Positions 57,215 to 64,000 of a DNA stretch of 64,000 nt are shown piece after piece. Source of the stretch: Mobula hypostoma (Eukaryota); NCBI RefSeq assembly GCF_963921235.1, contig NC_086124.1:24056001-24120000 (forward strand), in the 5' to 3' direction. Position numbers and translations under genes: made by a program. Every line of letters begins with the position of its first letter. Positions within the stretch are counted from its first letter, which is position 1. The notes beneath the pieces are model-generated. The model was not told the origin of the DNA and did not search any database. It saw only the letters and a list, made by a program, of their open reading frames with translations.

Positions 57215-60200
57215 GGGACTTCCAGGTTGAGCATGGAGTGACTGGGTGCGTGTGAGTGTGGCTCCCAACTTTTATTGGAAATCTACCTGTTTATCTTTGC
57301 CGTATGCTTGAGATAACTGAATATTTAACATTGTGAACAACCTGGGACGTTGCTGGATGCTGAAATGGCAAATAAAATGTACCTTCGAAGTAAAACTGGG
57401 GAAACAGATAGTGAAGCCTCGAGCAAGAAAGCTGATGTTACAGTAATGGTGCTGTTGCACGTTGCTGGACGTGGACCTGCACTGCCCGATGACTTGGAGA
57501 GGCTTTGTTTAGTACTTCTTACTGACATGATGCAAGTGATGCATTCTGTCCTAAAAAGAGAACTTGAAGATGCTTTGTCACCAGTGAATGCTACCATGGA
57601 ACAAATTATGTCTTATTACGAGTCACACGATGAACGCATTCGTAGGGTTGAAGACGGCCTGAATGATTACAGTGACTGACCGGTGAGCGCCGAAGCCGCC
57701 ATTGCAGCGTTGCAGAGCGAAAACGCATTTCTGAAGAGAAAGCTTGATGGCCTCGAAAATCGGTCGCGGAGATCCAATTTGAGAGTGGTCGGCATTCCTG
57801 AAAATTTGGAAGGTTCGAACCCTGTTAAATTTATGACCGAGTTTTTTGACAAAGTGCTGGGGACAAATTTCTTCCCAAGGCCTCTCGTGCTTTCTCGTGC
57901 TCACCGAGTCAGGCCTAAACCTTTCAGTGTCTCTGAAGCTAAGCAAACGAGACCTGGTTCCTGGTTCTCTTTCAATTCTTTAAGATAAGCAACGCATCAA
58001 TAGACGGAAGCAGAAGCCATATTTCCGCGGACACCGCATGTTTTTTTATGAAGATTTTAGTGCTGAACTGGGGAGAAAACGAGCAGCTTTCAAGGAGGTG
58101 AAATCCCTGCTCTACGGGAAAGGGGTCAGGTTTGGCCTCTTGTATCCTGCCCAGCTCCAGGTCATGCATGAAGGTGAAAAGCATTATTTCGATACACCAG
58201 AGGCGGCCAAAGAGTTTTACCATTCGCACTGGGGAGAAGAAGAACGAGAAGAGCAATGACTTTTTTTTTAGGTTATTCATGCAGCATTGAAGGGGCCTCT
58301 AGCCGAGGCAAACTGTTAATTTTCGCAATCCACTTCTTTGTTCATTTTTTCCAGTTTAATTTGAGGAACACAATCAGGTCGAACTGCTGTGCTGCGGAAT
58401 CTGATTAACAAAAACTTTCAACCAGCAAAATGTAAATATTTGGGATTTGTATCTCTGGCATTTAGTTTCCTAGTTTTTTTTTAATGTTTTGCTTGACCTG
58501 TGTTATCTTTAGCCTAAATATATTAAAGGTAGAATAAGTGATGGTATAAGTTTTAAGGAGGGGAGCCACCCTGGATTAGATTGAAAGTTTGGTTGTATGG
58601 GGAATGCTTTGGAAGTGTTTTGTTTGGTAATGCCTGTGATCATCCTCAGTTGGGGAGGTAGATCTAGTTTTCGGGGGTTAATTGGGTTTTTTTGTTGTTT
58701 GTGTAAAGGGGTGGGGGGAGTGTTTTGCATGGCACCATGGCAGCTTATTGTTTTGTGTGTTACGGATTGGCCAGACTTCCTTTTCATTGTGCGTTATTGT
58801 GTGCAGCTTGTGCCCTTGCACTGTTTGGATTGTAGGTCCTGTTTGTTTTTTGATATGGTTGACATGAGTGCTGCTGGTGGAGGCCACCCTGTGAGGTTTA
58901 TTTCTTGGAATGTAAAGGGGCTCAATGGTCCTGTTAAAAGAGCTGAAGTTTTCTCTCATCTGAAACAATTAAAAGCAGATATACTATTTCTACAAGAGAC
59001 ACATTTAATAGTGGCAGACCATAATAGACTTCGTAAAGCGTGGATTAGTCAGGTTTTTCATTCCAGATTTAATAGTAGGTCCAAGGGGGTGGCAATATTA
59101 ATCACCAATAGAATGTAGTTTACACCATCTGATGTAATCAGTGACCCGAATGGTCGTTTTATTATACTCTCTGTATCTCTTTTTCAGATACCTGTCATTT
59201 TGGTAAATGTTTATGCCCCTAATTGGGACGACGTCCACTTTGCAAATAAGGTTTTGTCATTAATACCTAACCTGAATACACACCATCTAATCTGTTCAGG
59301 AGATTTGATCTGTGCTATTGACCCACTGCTTGATAGGTCTAGCTCTAGGGGAACATTTCCTGGTATAGCAAAGGCCTTCTCGATGTTTATGCAACAAAAT
59401 CCAGGGCAAAAATCAAAAAGGGACACTTTTCAACATAATTGTATAAGGGCTAAGTGTGTTGTAAAAGCAAGCCTGAAGGCTTTGTGTGTCAATGCAAGGA
59501 GCATTCATAACAAGGTGGATGAATTGAATGTGAAGATAGTTTTTAATGAATATGATATAGTTGGGATCACAGAGACATGGCTCCAGGGTGAACAAGGATG
59601 GGAACTCAACATTCAGGGATATTCAATATTGAGGAGGGATAGACATGAATGAAAAGGGGGTGGGGTGGCATTGTTGGTTAGTGAGGAGATTAATGCAATA
59701 GAAAGGAAGGACATTAGCCGGGAGGATGTGGAATAGATATGGGTAGAACTGCATAACACTAAGGGGCAGAAAACGCTGGTGGGAGTTGTGTACAGGCCAC
59801 CTAACAGTAGTAGTGAGGTTGGGGATGGCATTAAACGTGCAATAAGGGAACAGCAGTTATAATGGGTGACTTCAATCTACATATAGATTGGGTGAACCAA
59901 ATTGGTAAGGGTGCTGAGGAAGAGGATTTCTTAGAATGTATGTGGGATAGTTTTCTGAACCAACACGTCGAGGAACCAACTAGACAGCAGGCCATTCTAG
60001 ACTGGGTACTGAGCAATGAGGAAGGGTTAGTTAGCAATCTTGTCGTGCTAGGCCCCTTGGGTAAGAGTGACCACAATATGGTGGAATTCTTCATTAAGAT
60101 GGAGAGTGATATAGTTAAATCAGAAACAAAGGTTCTGAACTTAAAGAAGGGTAACTTTGAAGGTATGAGACATGAATTAGCTAAGATAGACTGGCAAATG

Positions 60201-63200
60201 ATACTTAAAGGGTTGTCGGTGGATATGCAATGGCAAGCATTTAAAGATTGCACGGATGAACTACAACAATTGTTCATCCCAGTTTGGCAAAAGAATAAAC
60301 CAGGGAAGGTAGTGCACCCGTGGCTGACAAGAGAAATTAGGGATAGTATCAATTCCAAAGAAGAAACATACAAATTAGCCAGAAAAAGCAGCACACCAGA
60401 GGACTGGGAGAATTTCAGAGTCCAGCAGAGGAGGACAAAGGGCTTAATTAGGAAGGGAAAAAAGATTATGAGAGAAAACTGGCCGGGAACATAAAAACTG
60501 ACTGTAAGAGCTTTTATAGATATGTGAAAAGAAAAAGACTGGTAAAGACAAATGTACATCCCTTATGGTCAGAAACAGGTGAATTGATCATGGGGAACAA
60601 GGGCATGGCAGACCATTTGAATAACTACTTTGGTTCTGTCTTCACTAAGGAGGACATAAATAATCTTCCGGAAATAGTAGGGGACCGAGGGTTTAGTGCG
60701 ATGGAGGACCTGAGGGAAATACATGTCAGTAGGGAAGTGGTGTTAGGTAAATTGAAGGGATTAAAGGCAGATAAATCCCCAGGGCCAGATGGTCTGCATC
60801 CCAGAGTGCTTAAGGAAGTAGCCCAAGAAATAGTGGATGCATTAGTGATAATCTTTCAAAACTCTTTAGATTCTGGATTAGTTCCTGAGGATTGGAGGGT
60901 GGCTAATGTAACCCCGCTTTTGAAAAAAGAAGGGAGAGAGAAACCGAGTAATTATAGACCATTAAGCCTGACATCGGTGGCGGGCAAAATGCTGGAGTCA
61001 GTTATCAAAGATGTGATAACAGCACATTTGGAAAGCGATGATATCATCGGACAAAGTCAGTATCGATTTGTGAAAGGAAAATCATGTCTGACGAATCTCA
61101 TAGAATTTTTTGAGGATGTAACTAGTAGAGTGGATAGGGGAGAACCAGTGGATGTGGTATATTTGGATTTTCAAAAGGCTTTTGACAATGTCCCACAAAG
61201 GAGATTAGTGTGCCAACTTAAAGCACACGGTATTGGGGGTATGGTATTGATGTGGATAGAGAATTGTTTGGCAGACAGGAAGCAAAGAGTGGGAATAAAC
61301 GGGACCTTTTCAGAATGGCAGGCAGTGACTAGTGGGGTACCGCAAGGCTCAGTGCTGGGACCCCCATTGTTTACAATATATATTAATGACTTAGACGAGG
61401 GAATTAAATGCAGCATCTCCAAGTTTGCTGATGACATGAAGCTGGGCAGCAGTGTTAGCTGGGAGGAGGATGCAGGGTGACTTGGATAGGTTAGGTGAGT
61501 GGGCAAATTCATGGCAGATGCAATTTAATGTTGATAAATGTGAGGTTATTCACTTTGGTGGCAAGAAAAGGAAAACAGATTACTATCTGAATGGTGGCCG
61601 ATTAGGAAAAGGGGAGGTGCAACGAGACCTGGATGTCATTGTACATCAGTCATTGAAAGTGGGCATGCAGGTACAGCAGGCGGAGAAAAAGACGAATGGT
61701 ATGCTGCCATTCATAGCAAGAGGATTGGAGTACAGGAGCAAGGAGGTACTACTGCAGATGTACAAGGCCTTGGTGAGACCACACCTAGAGTATTGGGTGC
61801 AGTTTTGGTCCTCTAATCTGAGGAAAGACATTCTTGCCATAGAGGGAGTACAAAGAAGGTTCACCAGGTTGATTTCTGGGATGGCACGACTTTCATATGA
61901 TGGAAGACTGGATCGACTAGGCATATATTCTCTGGAATTTAGAAGATTGAGGGGGAATCTTATTGAAATGTGTAAAATTCTAAAGGGTCTGGACAGGCTG
62001 GATGCAGGAAGATTGTTCCCGATGTTGGGGAAGTCCAGAACGAGGGGTCACAGTTTGAGGATAAAGGGGAAGCCTTTTAGGACCGAGATGAAGAAAAACT
62101 TCTTCACACAGAGAGTGGTGAATCTGTGGAATTCTCTGCCACAGGAAACAGTTGAGGCCAGTTCATTGGCTATATTTAAGAGGGGGTTAGATATGGCCCT
62201 TGTGGCTAAAGGGATCAGGGGGTATGGAGAGAAGGCAGGTACAAGGTTCTGAGTTGGATGATCAGCCATAATCATACTGAATGGTGCTGCAGGCTCGAAG
62301 GGCTGAATGGCCTACTCCTGCACCTATTTTCTATGAAAATGGTTATATGGAACCTTGGAGATTTTTGAATCCATCAGTTAGGCAATTCTCTTTCTTTTCT
62401 CATGTTCACCACTCCTATTCCAGGCTACACTACTATTGCTTTATAGATAGCTCCTTGATACCAATGATTAGACAAATTGAGTACACTGCTATAGTTATAT
62501 CTGATCACTTGCCCGTGAAACTGGACCTATGTTTTCCTTTAAACATTAGAGAACAGCCTCTGTGGCGACTTAATCCCCTTTTGCTTTCCAATGAGAAATG
62601 TTATAATTATATATCGGCTAACATTGACACATTCTTCGAGACCAACAAAACTGAGTCGGTATCGTACTCTTTACTTTGGGAAACTTTAAAAGCTTACTTG
62701 AGGGGTCAAATAATATCTTATACCTCACATGCCAATAAAGAGCATAGGAAGGAAATGCAAGTGTTATCGCAATCTATTTTGGACCTGGATAGGCAATATT
62801 CTGAGGCACCCAGTGCGGAATTACATAAAAGCAGGGCTGATTTGCAAGCGAAGTTTAATCTTCTCTCTACAAACCTATCTGAACAATTAATTCTTAAGAG
62901 ACGTGGCCTCTATTATGAATATGGTGACAGGGGGAGCCGGCTTATGGGAGAGTCAAGCTGCATCACGACTTATTCCCCAGATAAGAGACACGCGCCAAAG
63001 CTTGACAAGCAATCCAAAAGAGATTAATAACATCTTTGCAACTTTTTATTCCTCTCTGTATACCTCAGAGTTTCCATCAGATATAATGAATATGGAACAT
63101 TTTTTTGATAATTTGGAAATACCAAAGGAACCAGAGGAGGTGGAGAATTTAGATCGGGCTCTTGGGGCAGGAAGAGATTAATAATGCCATTATGGCTATG

Positions 63201-64000
63201 CAGAGTGGTAAGTCCCCAGGTCCTGATGGTTATCCAATAGAATTTTATAAGAAATTTAAGGATAAGCTCATACCGGTCCTTCTGGAAGTGTTTCAGGAAT
63301 CTTTGGAGAATGGTTCCTTACCCCCTACTCTTTCACAGGCATCTATTTCACTTCTTCTTAAAAAGGACAAGGACCCGACTCAATGTGGATCATATCGCCC
63401 CATCTCACTTTTGAATGTGGATGTGAAAATTTTGGCTAAAGTGCTTGCGCGCCGTTTAGAACGTCCCCTTCCCAAGATAATCTCAGATGATCAAACAGGT
63501 TTCATTAAAAATTGCCATTCTTTTTTTAATATCCGTCAACTGGCTGACGTGGTTTATTCGCCCAGTGATTCTCTGAGTCCGCAGGTTGTTATTTCCTTGG
63601 GCACGGAGAAGGCATTTGATAGAGTGAAGTGGGTATACTTGTTTAGTGTTTTGGAGAAACTTGGATTTGGCAGAATATTTGTAGCCTGCGTTAAGCTATT
63701 ATATCACTTGCCTTTAGCATATATACAGACAAATTATTCTCGATCTGACTATTCCCCATTAATACATGGCAGTCACCAAGGCTGCCCATTGTTCCCTCTT
63801 CTTTTTGCAATTGCAATTGAGCCTCTTTCTATTGCACTTTAAGTCAACTACATTATTTCAAGGTGTTAGGAGAGGGAACGTGGAACACCGTGTATCCCTA
63901 TATGCTGATGACCTCTTACTTTACGTTAGCGTCCCTGCAGGTAGCAGTCCTGCTATTGTGTCATTATTAGGTCAATTTGGAGCCTTCTATGACTATAAAC
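57215..64000 (+). mobile_element. L1-clade LINE from the 5' UTR through ORF1 and ORF2 (runs off the window), degenerate
   Basis: ORF1 ENRSRRSNLRVVGIPE..RAHR..YEDFS..FGLLYPA. ORF2 endonuclease FISWNVKGLN..FLQETHL..NVYAPN; after the CR1 insert: WRLNPLLL, KSPGPDG, YRPISLLNVDVKILAK, DQTGFIK, QGCPL, YADD. Confidence 0.92.
59401..62335 (+). mobile_element. CR1 LINE inserted in the L1 endonuclease domain; same subfamily as 5729-7838
   Basis: Endonuclease GITETWL/VYRPP/GDFN, RT motifs and 3' tail. Flanked by AAAAT on both sides, splitting L1 ...MQQN|GYMEPWRF. Confidence 0.93.

Overview
Repeat-dense vertebrate DNA, most likely from a cartilaginous fish, probably a ray. This is inferred from the transposon mix: CR1, Rex1/Babar, RTE, L1, V-SINE, Penelope-like, Tc1, hAT-Charlie and a Gmr1-like gypsy element. 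Most of the window is decayed, often nested transposons plus an 11.9-kb GC-rich 47-bp tandem array (12.3-24.3 kb), which explains all the giant Pro/Ser-rich ORFs. Between the repeats, all on the minus strand and mostly with canonical phase-1 splice sites, are exons of MHC-type genes that the ORF track largely hides. (1) An intact class-I-alpha3-like C1-set exon (49129-49410). (2) A frameshifted class-II-beta1-like exon (40512-40761). (3) An open alpha1-like exon (3908-4180). (4) A beta2-microglobulin-like alpha2 exon with a stop and a 1-bp frameshift (1819-2099). (5) Candidate tail/terminal exons at 47.9 kb and 24.5-26.6 kb. Class-II-type alpha/beta chains with class-I/beta2m-type Ig domains is the signature of W-category MHC, so this looks like a partly pseudogenised W-category locus. 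Its exon order is odd (beta2 upstream of beta1, beta and alpha on the same strand) and I found no recognisable transmembrane exon. Secondary points: minimal hammerhead ribozyme motifs in Penelope fragments, and an internally deleted Gmr1-like LTR element with both LTRs, PBS, PPT and a perfect TSD. All assignments are by eye, without database searches; most repeat boundaries are approximate.
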